Source of the DNA: Chrysomallon squamiferum
Lineage: Eukaryota > Animalia > Mollusca
Assembly (NCBI GenBank): GCA_012295275.1
Contig: CM022675.1
Location: forward strand, 9,424,001 to 9,488,000
Reading direction: 5' to 3'
Length of the DNA: 64,000 nt
Shown one piece after another: positions 16,489-31,753 of the stretch. The notes beneath the pieces were generated by a model. That model did not search any database. It was not told the origin of the DNA and saw only the letters and a program-made list of their open reading frames with translations. The stretch's first letter is position 1, and each line of letters begins with the position of its first letter. A program made the position numbers and the translations under genes.

Positions 16489-16981
16489 TTTGACGTGCTT
16501 CAATCCGAGAAATGTATTTAAAAATAAAAATAGCTGACAACAGTTTACTGGCATTCTAGACTGACACTAACGCCTTTATTGTTTAGCTTGACGCTTTTAT
16601 TGTCAGTTTTTTAATACCGGCTGCTCCGTTTGGGATTCGACCGATTATCGGTATATTCTGTTCCGCTTTGTTTTCGTCCGCCTGTAAAAAATATCGGGCC
16701 ACGCGATTTCATTGATTGCAGTTAAACGAAGGGGTATAGGTTTTCGTGTTATTAACGTATTTGCGTCTTGAGCTTTTGACGTTCATGTATTAAGTTTTAA
16801 TCTTATTAAGGTATTCACAAGACCCTGACACGTTTGTTAAAAAAAAAAGGACAGGTCTTGAAGCGATTGCGGAGGGGTGGTGGTGTAAAGGGTGGTGTGT
16901 GTGTGTGTGTGACTGTTAAATGTGGTGTTCAGTTTTTTGGTCGTTAAGGGAAATTAGTAAATGAATATTTCGATAGTAATT

Positions 16982-17057
<76 letters not shown>

Positions 17058-17733
17058 ATCGCACGTACAGAAAATATTTTTCTTCCAAACCCTCGAAAAT
17101 AAACAAACAATAAATTAAAAATAATAATGAAATAAAATTAAATAAAAACTAAATAATAACAAAGTTAATAGCAATAACAATAACAGCAACAACAACAATA
17201 ATAATAATAATAACAATAACAATAAACATCTGCCATATATCTATAATTACATTTATAATTACTTATCAACAGGAATTCCGAAATAATATCACTAACGAAA
17301 ATAAACACGATCACGACACAGGTGTAGACTATTGTTTCTCTTCGCCTTTCTGAACAGATATTGAAGTACAGACACAAAAACATGGCGCCCCTAGTGGCAG
17401 AATATCAGCTGCCAATTGTTACTCTTAATCGGAAAATAATATGGCTGGTTTAAAACGACCATTGTGGTAAGAACAAGCAAGAACATGAACTGCCGATGTT
17501 TTATTAATGGCGTGTTAACCTAAGACTGGTATTGTGCTAGGATATGGAAGTCAGTCATGTGCAAGCGTAATCTGTTTATACCTACAGAGTGGATATCGGT
17601 GATGTTGCTGTTGTCGTTGTTGTTGTTGTTATTATTACTATTATTATTATTATTATTATTATTATTGTTGTTGTTGTTGTTGTTGTTATTATTATTATCA
17701 TTATTATTACTGTTTTTGTTATTATTGTTATTG

Positions 17734-17783
<50 letters not shown>

Positions 17784-20041
17784 GTAGCAATAGTTGCAAC
17801 AGCAGCAATAACAGAACAGTAGAAGTAGTAATAGCAGTAGTGGTAGTAGTAGTAAATATACTTAAATAATATGTTGTTCTTTGTAGATACATATAATGTA
17901 TTTTTAATAATTTATCGTATGTACATATGTATATATATGTATGTGTGTATATATATATATATATATGTATGTATATATATATATGATGTATGATGTATGT
18001 ACCTATGTATATGTGTATGTTTGTGTGTATATCCGTATGAGTACTGGTATGTACATAGTTATGTATGTATATATTTATTCGTATTTGTATCGATGCCTAG
18101 TTTGTATACCGTTGTGGGTTTTTTTTTCTGTCTCTCTATCTGTGTATCTGTCAGTCTGTTTATATTGCATATTATTATTCAGGTGTCTTTATGCATACAT
18201 AAAAAACAAAGGAAAAATAACAAAAACAAAACCAGACAGGGGAGGATACTCTGCGTTGAGGACAGATTTATCCGACAGATTTATCCGACACGGCGCGATA
18301 TCGCTGAATTCCGCGACCTCTGACCCTACTACCTCGTCACCTCGCTGTTATTTATTACGTCGTCACAATCGGGAAGCGTCGGCACGGTCCGTAAATCACG
18401 GACGTAACCTTAGTCTCGATAAACAAACTTGCTTTATGTCCCGTCTCCGTCTGTTGTTGGAGGACCATCTGCTGCTCCTGCTTACAAATGTTCGGTAGTG
18501 TTTCAAAGCCGCCACTAAGACTCTGTCAAAAGGCAGTGTTTTATACCCCCGCGATCCCCGTATCGGTCTAGCCCCCCCCCCCGAAACAAAATACACCCAG
18601 ACATCACCAGAGATAACCGCCTGTTCGTTTGTAGTCGGTGTTATATTTTTGTGCATGCGCGACTGTAGCTAAAAGGAACATCGCCATATTGCTGAAGTCG
18701 ACGTTTGAAATTTTAAGTCGTTTTTTTAAATTATTATTTTTTTTTTTTAAATGCATATAATTTTAATGACGTATGGAATCGATCGATATATATTTTCTCA
18801 GTGATTATCGAAGAAAGGGTTTATCATAATTTGCTTTCTTTCTTTCCTTCTTTCTCTTTTTAATTCTATTTTTATGTAAATCAGTACGTTCAAATAACTG
18901 TAATGAAGTTCAGACAACAACAACAAGAAACTACATCATAATATGATGATGATGATGATGATGATAATGATGATGACGACGGTGGGGGTGATGATGATGA
19001 TAAAAGATAGTAGTCGTAGCAGTGGTGGAAACGGCAATAATATATAAATAATTAAATAAAGCACATAACACACATATAAACGCACTCGCACACATGCACA
19101 CTGACACACACACACACACACACACACACACCAACATAAATCAGAATACGTGTATAGATAATATAAAATGCTTCTTCTTTCCACGATTACAATTATTATT
19201 CTACGGGACCGGGGAATGATGCAACAGCAATGACAGAGTCTCGAAGGCAAAATATTATGACTTGACATTATCATAATTTATGCAACAGACGAACTTTCGT
19301 GACAAGGCACGCGCACTTTTTGTGTAATTGCTGTTTGTTGAAACAAGTTGTTTTCAGTTTTGGCTTCCGCACTCTTGTGGTTTTGACAGTATCAATTTCA
19401 ACAAACTGGGTCAAAGTTACAGAGGCCAAAAAACAAAAAAAAAAAAAAAAAAGGTTTAAAATTTAAAAATTAAAGAATAATAAAAAAAATAGGACATTAT
19501 AGTTATGGTACAGTTCAAATACGTACACACATGGATATATATGTATACACGTGTGTATGTATGTATGTACGTATGTATGTATGTACGTACGTATGTATTA
19601 TGCATGTATGTATGTATGTATGTATGCACTCCTGACCCAGTTTTATTTTGCGAAAGAGAGACACGCAGACAGACAGACAAACGGAATCATCTCGATTCAG
19701 TAATAAAGATAAAATTAGGTCACAATTTATTATTTTATATTTTATTTTATATTTATTATCATCATTATCTTTAGCGTCATTATTATTACTGCTACTACTA
19801 CTACTACTATTATTTATTTATTTATTCAAATACTTATTATTTATATCTTTGCTTGTTTACTATACTCGAAGATATGTCGCAAGAATGAAATACAGTTTCA
19901 GTTTTACAAGCAGAGTGTAAAGAGGTTATATATATATATATGTATGTATGTATGTATGTTTGTATGTATGTATGTATGTATGTGTGTATGTGTGTATGTA
20001 TGTTTGTATGTATGTATTATGTATGTGTGTATGTGTGTATG

Positions 20042-20072
<31 letters not shown>

Positions 20073-22069
20073 CATATATATAACTTTGAATTCTGTTCTT
20101 ATTACAAGATATTAAAAATATCAGCCTACCTTGTATCATTTCAGCCAATGAAAAAATTTCAGTCCAGTGCCACGTACTCATTCCAGTGTCTACGGAAATA
20201 TTTTCTTGATAGTTATTACAATTATCATGACATTCATCTGAAGGATTACTCTATATGAACTATCGTAGATTCTAATACGTCCACAAGATGGCAAATTCCA
20301 TTTTATAAAATTTTGTTTCACAATCGACATCTTTGCTAAATAAGCAGATTTGTCTGAAAGTCTTGTTTTTATTTCCGTTTAGTTTCTGTTTATGTTGGTT
20401 AACATTTATTTAACTGGTCACTGAATGTGACATTTCAGACTGACATATCCATGGTTTGTACCCATTGTCGTGGTTATGACGTATTCGGAAGTACATTTTG
20501 TCACTTATTAATTCCAAATGACGTGTGTGCTGACGTCATTACGTTATAAAAATGACACAGAGTATATATACAGAATTATTTCTTTTAACTGAATTAAAAA
20601 TAAATAAATAAATAAAATAAAATAAAATAAAATAAAATAAAATAATCTTTTTCTTTCTTTGAACAATGATTAAAGCAAGGAAGAAATGGATATAGGAAGT
20701 CAAGAGGAGGGGGAAAAAATAAACAAAAAACATACGAAACAGTTCCTGATATTAATCATCGTGATGACCTTTCAGTCCAGAATGATAACTCATTCATAAC
20801 AATCAGGACATTTTACTTTACATTGAACTAATTAGAGAGAGAAAAATAAAAAATAAAAAATATAATTAATCTAATCTATTCATTAAATTATACATCTTTA
20901 GACAACAATTTTCTCGCTTCAGATAAACTAACATAAAGAATATCAGGTTCAAAATATTTTATATTTATCAGAAAACTATTTATAGACCTTCGTCAAATTG
21001 AACTGAATCAATCAGGGAAAACATCTTTATCTGCAGGATTGTTCATGAAACACATCTTCATCTATAAAATTATTCATGAAAGAATCTTAATCTGAAGATT
21101 CTTTATGAAAAATATCTTCATCTATAGAACCATTCATGAAAAACATATTCATCCACAGAATGATTCATGAAAACATCTTCATCTATATTCATGTATGAAA
21201 TAACATCTTCAGAACGTTTGAAGAGAAATGCTATATTTTGAAAAGTATTCAAGGAAAAAAACAACAACAATAACAACAACAAAATATGACGCAAGATCTA
21301 TCCAAAAAAAAAAAAAAAAAAAAAAAACTTATCGTTAAATTCGTTAATCAAAATAAACATATCTATTCATGAAAAACAAACAATAATATCCATAAAAACA
21401 TTCACGAAAATTATATGGAAATTCTTTTACGAAAGACCCAAATACATATCTATTCACGAGTATAAACATATAAACAAATCATCCATGAAAAACATCAACA
21501 TCGACAAAATCCGTCACGAAATGACATCTTGAAATTCTTTCAACGAAGAACACAATCTACAAACCTATTCACGAAAAAACCCACAAAAAAAACCATAAAC
21601 CATCTACAAAAATCCATTCAAGAAAACTGTTTTACAGAACGAGTGACGTTTCCCCGTATTTCAACTCCATTTATTTTGTTTTCGATTATTCTCGTGTCAT
21701 ACAGCCCAATGGGGAAAACCTCCAAAATAAACTCGTACAAAATAAGCGCTATTAATATACCACTACCTATATTTAAAGACGTATCTAGGCGTGATTTTGA
21801 CTTTTATCTTCGTTGAACGACATCACGTGTCCGCCCGTAGATTACATCAGTTGTAAATATATTAATAATGTCACTGAAATATGCGAAGACAATTCGGACT
21901 ATGCAGCTAAGTGTTCACAACACTGGGGTAAGAGAGTTTTTCTCCGTGTCAGACAGACCCACAAGTACGTACACAAGTTTATGTACGTATGTAAGTACGT
22001 ATATATGTATGTATGTGCTTTTGTGTTTGTTTAAGTCTTTGTGTATGTGTGTATATTTACAGACAAAGT

Positions 22070-23100
22070 AAAACAAGATATTTAGCTTCTTTGTTAAATT
22101 CCTTCTTCCTGGTAAAATAAGATATTTAACTTGTGTTTAATTTCTTCTTTATGTTATAACAGATTTTTAACTTGTGTGTTTAATTTCTTCTTTATGTTAT
22201 AACAAGATATTTAACTTGTGTTTAACTTCTTCTTTATGTTATAACAAGATATTTAACTTGTGTTAAATTCTTTCTTCCTGGTAAAATAAGATATTTAACT
22301 TGTGTGTTTAATTTCTTCTTTATGTTATAACAAGATGTTTAACTTGTGTGTTTATTTCCACCTTACTGGTGAAACAAAATATATTAGTGCTTAATTCCAT
22401 CCTCCTGGTAAAACCAGATACTTAACTTGTCTGTTAAATTCCTTCTTCCTGATATAACAGGATATTTAACTTGTGTGTTTGATTCCTTCTTCCTGATATA
22501 ACAGGATATTTAACTTGTGTGTTTGATTCCTTCTTCCTGGTAAAACAGGATATTTAACTTGTGTGTTTGATTCCTTCTTCCTGGTAAAACAGGATATTTA
22601 ACTTTGTGCTTGATTCCTTCTTCCTGGTAAAACAGGATATTTAACTTTGTGTTTGATTCCTTCTTCCTGGTAAAACAGGATATTTAACTTGTGTTTTTGA
22701 TTCCTTCTTCCTGGTAAAACAGGACATTTAACTTGTGTGTTTAATTCATTCTTCCTGGTAAAACAAGATATTTAACTTGTGTGTTTGATTCCTTCTTCCT
22801 GGTAAAACAGGATATTTAACTTGTGTGTTTGATTCCTTCTTCCTGGTAAAACAGGATATTTAACTTTGTGCTTGATTCCTTCTTCCTGGTAAAACAGGAT
22901 ATTTAACTTTGTGTTTGATTCCTTCTTCCTGGTAAAACAAGATATTTAACTTGTGTGTTTGATTCCTTCTTCCTGGTAAAACAGGACATTTAACTTGTGT
23001 GTTTGATTCCTTCTTCCTGGTAAAACAAGATATTTAACTTGTGTGTTTGATTCCTTCTTCCTGGTAAAACAGGATATTTAATGTGTGTTTATTTCCTTCT
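22070..23100. repeat. 43-44-bp minisatellite (over 20 copies)
   Basis: Unit AAACAGGATATTTAACTTGTGTGTTTGATTCCTTCTTCCTGGTA head-to-tail with no unique spacers; more diverged at the left end. Confidence 0.95.
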
Positions 23101-23960
23101 TTAAAAATTTCGAATCAAAAGGCGATCATTTTCTTCACTACTTCGAATTAGATTAAATAAATAAATAAAAACGTATTCCTGTGTAAATGTCGAATTAGAA
23201 AATCTTAATCCAACTTAACAATCTGAATGAAGAGACGGTTTTTCCTTTGCAGTTCTTGTGATTTAATATATAAGATATTCACAACGATTTTCTCTGAATA
23301 GATCGATTTGAAATGAATATATTTCTTTTAATATTTCCAATCAGAAGACTACATATTTCGGCCAGTTCTTTCAAAACTTCGAAATAAAAAGATAAAAAAG
23401 GTTTCTTTTGACTCTTTGAGTTAGAAGATGACGTATGTCAAATGATTTCCTTTACAACTTCCAGTGAAAAGACATCATATTTCGAATCACATTTCTTTAA
23501 AAATTTCCAATTACAAAACAACATGAAAAGACAACTTTAGTTTGGTATCAGACGACAAGGCATTTTCAAGGGATTTTTTCTTCTTTTGTTTTTGTTGCTT
23601 TGAACTACAAAAGAACATATTTCAAATCATGTACTTTTCAAAACTTCGAATCAGAAGATAACAAATTTCGAATATTTTTATTTTAAAATTTTCCAAAAAA
23701 AAAAAAAAAACTTATTTTTATTTCTTTTGATATTTCAAACAAGAAGATAACATATATCAAATCAATTTCCTTTAAAACTTGGAACTAAGAATCAACGTAT
23801 TTTGACTTTGTGACTTTGATCGAATTAGAAACCAGCATATTCTTCAAACGAATTCCTTTCAAACTCGGAACCTGAAATCTAGATATTTCACTATAAATCT
23901 GAAGAGAAGATATTCCATTACCTCTTTAAAAATTCCCAAAGAATACGAACACATCCTTCG
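23100..23960. repeat. Decayed minisatellite-like region
   Basis: Recurrent motif AAAACTTCGAATCAGAAGA.AACATATTTC in many imperfect copies. Similar decayed arrays lie at about 21030-21620 and 25440-26030. Confidence 0.55.
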
Positions 23961-25787
23961 ACATTTTATTTTCATTCACATTACTGTCCATCCCAAGCTC
24001 AAAATGAAAAACATATTTCCACACTGATTATGAAAACAGATTTTATTTTTTATTTTTTATTTTTACTTGTTGGATATGTTTTCACTTCTTGCCGCTGACA
24101 CATCTCAATAGAAACAGGCACAAGTATCTCCGACCCTTCAGAAAAGAGCTTCACACTTTGTTAGAGTACATTAACTAACACCTCCAGCCTTTGCAGAAAC
24201 ACAATCTTGGGCAGTCCCCACCCACCCTACAAATATGGGTGGTCCCCATGAGGTGGTCGAGAAAAAGGGAAAAAAAAAAAAAAAAAAAAATGTTTCCCAT
24301 TTACAAAAGGATCTGACTTTGTTGATTTGAACCAATGCACTGGAAAACCTCCAAAGGTGCCCTCTATCGTGTGCGGTACACAAAAGAATGTCACAAACAT
24401 ATGTAGCAGAACCCCCCAAAAAAGAATTTAAAAAAAAAAAGAATTAAAGAAAGAAAGAAAAAAAAATGAAATTGAGGTGTATATTTTCTCAAAGTAAAAA
24501 ATACAGGTGTAAATTTTCTCATGTAGACCGTGACTCGTCTAGGTAAAACTTGAAAATTATAAAAAAGAAGAAGAAACAACTTTCAAATCCATCCAGGATT
24601 GGAGAAAAAATACACAAACAGACCAACAGACACGACGCCGTCCACGTATTCAGAGAATGTCGACGTCGGTGTTAAGAGTGACGTGAGCTGTGAATATTAC
24701 GGTTTTTTTTTTTTTCTAGCGGTACTTTTCACAAGTGAGATTGTTATCCAGTACACCGTTATCAAAAGTGTCCCGTTATCAAGTGGCATAGTTGAAATAT
24801 TTGTATTTCCCTCAGACAAAGAACATTTGCCGACTCCCTAATGTGATCTAACATAATACTGCCATAACCTTAGTGTGTTTCTGTCTTTTAAATAAAAAAA
24901 ATAAAAAAATATAAAAATATAAATAAAAAATAAATAGAAAATTAAATTTAAATTTGCATTTATATACTTACTTGTTGGGTTTATTATTTTATTTCATTTA
25001 TTTACATTTTTTATATTTTTTTAAATTTTTAAATTTTTTGGTTTTTTGTTTTAATTTTTATTTCAGATTTTCTTACTTTGTTTTGTATTTTATTTATTTA
25101 ATATCTGCTTCAAGTAATTTTTTTTATTTCACTGTTCTACCTTTACCTTTTGTTGTTTTGTTGTTGTTGTTTTTTGTTGATTTTTTTTTTTTTGTTTGTC
25201 TGGATTTTTTATTATTATTGTTATTATTTTATTATTATTTTATATATATATATATATATATATTTGTTAATTTGTTTGCTCGGTTAAATTTATTAATTTG
25301 AATAAGTTATTTCCTTTTCTTTTTCCTTTTATTTTTTCTTTTCTTTTTTCTTTCTCTTTTTCTTTTGCTTTCTCTTTCTTTCTTTCTTTCTTCTTTATCT
25401 TCATTTGTTTTTTTTTTTTTTTTTTAAATTATATGAGTTTTTAAACCTCAAACATTTTGAAAATTTTAATACTTACAAACTTCTATGAGAATAAAGTTGA
25501 CTCAATATATTTGGGACTGAACTTTATCTGAACTTTGTGGAATTGGAGTAGATATAAAATTTCTTAGATTTTCTGAGACTGGATTAATATGTAAACTATC
25601 TGAAATTATAACAAGTTCTTAACTTTCTGAGATTATATGTAAAATCTGAAACAGATGTAAATGTCAATTTTTGGACATAAATAAACGTACAAAATTTCGT
25701 GGATTACAATAGATGTACATTTTCGGAAACTGAAATAGATATAACTTTTCAGAAATTAGAACAGACGGAAATATCTTGGGATTACAG

Positions 25788-25858
25788 TGGATGTGAATTT
25801 TCCAAGAATGAAGTATATATATATATATATATACTTCATTCTTGGAAAATTCACATCC

Positions 25859-25859
<1 letters not shown>
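25788..25859. repeat. Perfect 72-bp palindrome centred on (TA)10
   Basis: TGGATGTGAATTTTCCAAGAATGAAG-(TA)10-CTTCATTCTTGGAAAATTCACATCCA. Confidence 0.95.
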
Positions 25860-25889
<30 letters not shown>

Positions 25890-27009
25890 AACTTTATGAA
25901 CTCAAATAAACTTTCTATGACTACATCGGTGCAGATGTCAACATTATACAAATATAATTTCTCAGTTTGAAGTAGATGTAAACGTTCTGAAATTCAAGTA
26001 GATGTAAACTCTCCTGGTTTCAAGTAGACATTAAGTGCAAGGAAACTTACTTAAATTGTTCACGGTTTTCGATTTGTCTACATGTTACACTTTGACAGAA
26101 TGTAACAACGCGTATCTCTATGTTTGACAGGATGTTTAGTCAAAGCTGATGAATATTGGCAGATAATAAAAAAAAAAAAAAAAAAAAAACGATCATTTAT
26201 AAAATCTATATTTGTTTGCGAGTCAGTGACTTTAATTTGCGTAATCGAACTAACTTGGTTTGTTGTGTTTCTTAAGTCTTAATTCATTGCGATTTTGCGA
26301 TGTTTATTATTATTATTATTATTATTATTATCCTGCAGACTATTTCTGTAAATGAAATATAGATGGAATTTCTATTAGACATAGATCCTGTTCTCATGTT
26401 ATGTTCTAATGTAATTTAGTAATGAAATACGGTTTCATTAACTAAACACATTTATCATCATCATCGTCGTCGTCGTCATCATTTTCACTGTAATTCATGT
26501 TTAAAAGCAAATTAATTATCGAAGACAATTTATCAAAAATAGGCGGTTTTTGAAAAATGTTTATTTAAATTTTATCTTCAAAATTAATTTAATCTGAATT
26601 GTGTTGGAGTTGGAAGATAAACAATAAAAATATGAGCAATAAATTAAAAAACTGTAATGCCAAATGTTAAAAAAAAAAATAATAATTTATAACACGCCAA
26701 AGATTTGAATTTTGAAAATAGTATTTTTGAACGTGAAAGAATACCTTCTATGATGTCATCGTTATGTTAAAGCGTCATCTCTTAACGTATTGGAATTCTT
26801 TTCCCCATCCCAAGATAAAATTGTAAGGCGAATTTTAATATAAACACAAAAGACACTGTCAGATGTAAGACGTATATGAAATACAAACAAAAAGCAACAC
26901 TGTGAATGGAAATGAACATAAAAGTTTACGTACAAACAGCAGATTGTTTTCAGTGTTTGTTCTTTTGAAATTCGGGTGCATTCACCCCGAAGTCGCGTGG
27001 ACGATAAAT

Positions 27010-27040
<31 letters not shown>

Positions 27041-27767
27041 GCTAGTCTTTATTTAATTGTAATTTCCACATTCTTCACTCTTTGTGTATAAACACTTGCT
27101 GTTTTCTGTGGGTAATTGTTTGTACCAAAGAGACCGGGTTTCCTAGTTCAGTAGTGGTGTGAATTCTTAACTTCGTATCAAAAAAAAAAAAAAAAAGACT
27201 GCAGTCTTTTTTTTTTCATATACATAGTCTTAATTTGGTTTGTTGTGTTCTCCGATCATTGAAGTGACGGGTGGGTGACACAGACTGACTCACTAAATGA
27301 CTAAATGACTCTGTGAATGTCTGGCTGACTAACTGAATGACTCATTGACTGACTGACTGACCGACGGTCAAAATAAGTAAAATGGTTAAATGATTAACTG
27401 ATGTAATGAATGACTGGCTGACTGATTCAATGACTGACTGACTGATTGATTAAATGACTGACTGACTGACTAACTCAGTGACTAGCGGACGGACTGACTG
27501 GTGGCAGAAAGAATTGACTGACATATGGACAGGTTTTTTTCTTCCCTTCTTTCAATTTTTTGGAAACTTTCATTTCTTTTCATACATGCTTTTGTTTATT
27601 TCTGTTTGTTTATTTGTTTATCTATTTAGTCTTTGTTTATTTATCAGACTTCTTATATTTTATTTATGTTTTTGTTTGTATGTTTGTTTGTTTACTAATT
27701 CGTTTATTAATTTTTCACCTCAAAATGACTACATATCATATTGACTCTTTTTATCAGCATATACACA

Positions 27768-27802
<35 letters not shown>

Positions 27803-27886
27803 ATACTTTTAAAATCTATATCTGATCTTTAAATACATTTAATAATTTTGGTGCTTACTTCTATTTATTGTCTCTCTTTCTGTTAA

Positions 27887-27928
<42 letters not shown>

Positions 27929-28071
27929 GCGTGTGTGTGTGTATGTATGTATATATATATACACACATATATACACATATGTGTATATATATATATATAT
28001 ATACATATATACATATATATATACACATATGTATGTATATGTATTTGTATATGTATATGTATTTGTATATG

Positions 28072-28102
<31 letters not shown>

Positions 28103-28945
28103 CCCTAATAACTTCCCCATAGTTTTAGAATATATGGGTTAATAACGTGATGACCTATCCCCTTTCTTTTGTCGTCTACCCATCCCTGGTTACAGATATT
28201 AATGTTACAGTCGAATATTTCATAGTATCGACAGCTACTGCAAAATGAAAAAGCACTAAAAATATCTATGTATGAAATGATCAAATAAAAAAGAAGGCAA
28301 CGAAAGGGGGGAAAAAAGAAGAAAAGATTGAAAGAAAGTTAGACAATGTTAGTTGATTCGAAGTTATTGTTACTATTATTTATTTATTTATTTATTTTAA
28401 TTAATTAATTTAATTTATTTATTTATTCAAAAGTTTAGATTGCTTTGATCTATCTTTCTATTTTCTCATGAATAAATAAATAGATAGAATAAAAAAATAA
28501 ATAAATAATACTAATAATATTTAAACAAAATTATATATATATATACATACATACATACACATACATACATACATACATACATACACATACATACATACAT
28601 ACATACACATACATATATAGTATATGTATATGTATATATAGGCACTTTATGTGTACTTTATAGCGCAGTAAACATATCCGGTTTCTTTTTTTATTATTAT
28701 TCTGACCGTGTTACTGGATTTTTTTAATACCTCACCTGATTAAAAGTCGACTACATAAAAAGCAGACGTCTTCCTTGCTCGGTTTCAGCACGGGTCAAGG
28801 TCACGTGGAATGAATTACGACCAGGTTCAGTGTCAGTTTTTTGACGCGACGATGGCGGATTCAGGGGTAGCTGTGGGAAAGTCGGGTCTAAAGAAGATGA
28901 TCGTTTTTATTATTTCGTTTTTTCTTTTTCTTTTCTTTTCTTTCT

Positions 28946-28983
<38 letters not shown>

Positions 28984-29055
28984 TTATTTATTTATTTATT
29001 TATTTTTATTTATTTTTATTTATTTTTATTTTTTTTTATTTTTTTTTTTTTTTTT

Positions 29056-29096
<41 letters not shown>

Positions 29097-30220
29097 TTCA
29101 TTTTTTTTTACTATTTCGTTTTCGTTTTTCTTTTATTTTCTGTTTTCGTTTTTTTTTTTCTTCTCTTTTAAAATTTATTTATTTATTTATTTTATTAGTA
29201 TTTATTTCTTTTTTCTTATTATTTATTCTATTATTTTTTGTTCTATTATTTTTATAGCAATTTTATTTAAATATTATTTTCTTCTTCTTCTTGTTCTTCT
29301 TCTTCTTCTTCTTATTATTATTATTGTCGTCATCATCATCATCATCATCATTAATAATAACATAAAATAAAACGTATAGATATAAAGCTAATAATGAAGT
29401 ACCTACTATTAAAAGTGTTATTAAAATTAATTTTTACTGTACATTAGTAGTATTATTAATTCAACAGTTCAAATCCATGTATTGGTAGTTCAATTCAATA
29501 TCGTGTCTTGATAATTCGACTGGGTTCTGTAATACATTTTGTTTAGTTTGTTACATTGTCAGTGGCACTATATTTAGCCTTGACTACTCCTGATTATATA
29601 CGAACAAACATGAATGCGGTATGTACTCTTAAAGCACAGTTGTCTCTTCAAAATGTAGTCAGGAGAGAAGGGAGATAACTCTAAACGTTGTCAAGTGATT
29701 CAGACATTATGTGTATGTATGGACGTGTTTATATATGTAAAAATTTAAATGCACGCGAATGATTAAATACAGAATATAGACAAGGAAACAGAGGCAGACA
29801 GATAGACAGACAGACAGACAAAGAGACTGACTGACAGACAGACAGACAGAAAAACTGACTGATCAGCAGACAGACAGATAAATAGAGGTACAGGTGCGGT
29901 TATACAGCGGTAGCTAGCAAAACAGATTAATTACAATAAATACTATTTCAGTGTGTTTTCGTTCAGTCTGTTTCATTCAATGACAAACTGTGTGTATTCA
30001 AGTCAAGAAATATGATTTAACTATTATTGTGTACAAGGTGCAGTGTGTAAACCGGACGTCTGAAATTCACAGCATGTGAATACGGTTCTTTGTGTGTGCG
30101 GATGTGTGCAGTGAAAGACCAGATAATTTTTTACCTCATTTCCTGTAGAAATCGTTAAACCACACTAAGTGCATTAGAACCAAAATATCTGACTCTGATT
30201 TGTTCGTTCAATAATAATAA

Positions 30221-30277
<57 letters not shown>

Positions 30278-30359
30278 CAGCAGTAGAAATAATAAATTAA
30301 TAAACAAATAAATAAATAAACAAATAATAACAGTGACAACAACAAAAAAGAAGAAGAAG

Positions 30360-30391
<32 letters not shown>

Positions 30392-30423
30392 AAATAATAA
30401 TAACAATAACAATAATAACAACA

Positions 30424-30466
<43 letters not shown>

Positions 30467-30881
30467 CAATAATAATAGTTTTCAGAAAAAAAGAAAGTAA
30501 AAGAATAAAAAAAAAAAGTATAAACGTTTATAAAAGACCTACTTTTATTTGCCTATACAACACAGTCAGTCGGTTAGAACGAGAAATTAAATTAAAAAAA
30601 CTCTGACAACTGTGCCAGTCATTATAATCTTCCGTGAATAAAGTTATTTTCGGCTTATTAAACAAACGCTTGTATTTCTGTGTGTGCCACATCCAGGCCG
30701 CTCTAACAAGCAATTAAATAAAGGATACACTCCAATATTGATTGCAGTTTTATTCATAGCCACTATCAGCATTTGATCTCTTTTTAATAAACCAAATACT
30801 GTTTACATCCGGATGCCATAAATTTTTAATTTCCGGTAAACACCATTAAACTTAAGAACGATGTAACGGGAGGTGTTATTG

Positions 30882-30920
<39 letters not shown>

Positions 30921-31391
30921 AGAAGAAGAAAAAGAAGAAGAAGAAGAAAAAAAAAAATCAGGCAACTTAATCTCGGCTTCTGATTGGTCGATGTTTGTAC
31001 GGGTGCACTCAGACATTAAATAAAAAAAAAAGCTATTGAAGGGTTGTGGGGGGCTAGATAACGAAAGACTTGTCTTGTTCTGTGCCTCTTCTTATATGTG
31101 GATTGAATTGCCGAGTGTATGTATGTGTGTGTGTGTGTGTGTGTGTTTGTGAGTGCTTGCTCGACAAATGACGATCTATTCATATGTAAAAACTTGCGGT
31201 TAGCCTCATGAACAAGAAAAAAAAAAACTCTGCTTTGTGACCGACCGAAAAGATTTAGCGCGTCCGAGCACGTGGTCTGTCAAAGTATACGGCTGATACT
31301 GAATAAGGTGACACTTAAGTGAAATAAACAAGTGTGTACAGTCAGGACTGGTTTGGCTTTGTTGTACTTTACTTCTTCTTCTTTTTTTTTT

Positions 31392-31423
<32 letters not shown>

Positions 31424-31720
31424 TTTCTTTACTTTCGACGAACGAAAACAACTGTTTGTATTCATAGTTGTGGTTGGTTTTGCTGTATTCTTTTTCCTTC
31501 TTCTTTCTTTATTTAATTATTTATTTATTTTATGAAATTTTATTTTTTTATTATTATTATTTTTTTTTTTTTATTATTTTTTTTTTTTTTTTTTTACAGG
31601 ATCAAAAACAGCTTTCTGTAGTCACGATTCGACTTGATTTTGTTCAGCTGTTTATTTATTTATTTACAAGTATTTATCTTTCCTTGAATGAATATAGTGA
31701 TGTAATATGCGTACAAACAG

Positions 31721-31753
<33 letters not shown>

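Noticed and set aside
22070-23100. CRISPR-like appearance of regular repeats
   Set aside because: Contiguous tandem units with no unique spacers, eukaryotic context and no cas genes.
31053-31068. GCTAGATAACGAAAGA resembles miR-9-3p or the complement of miR-9
   Set aside because: No partner arm, and the mismatch falls in the seed; probably chance.
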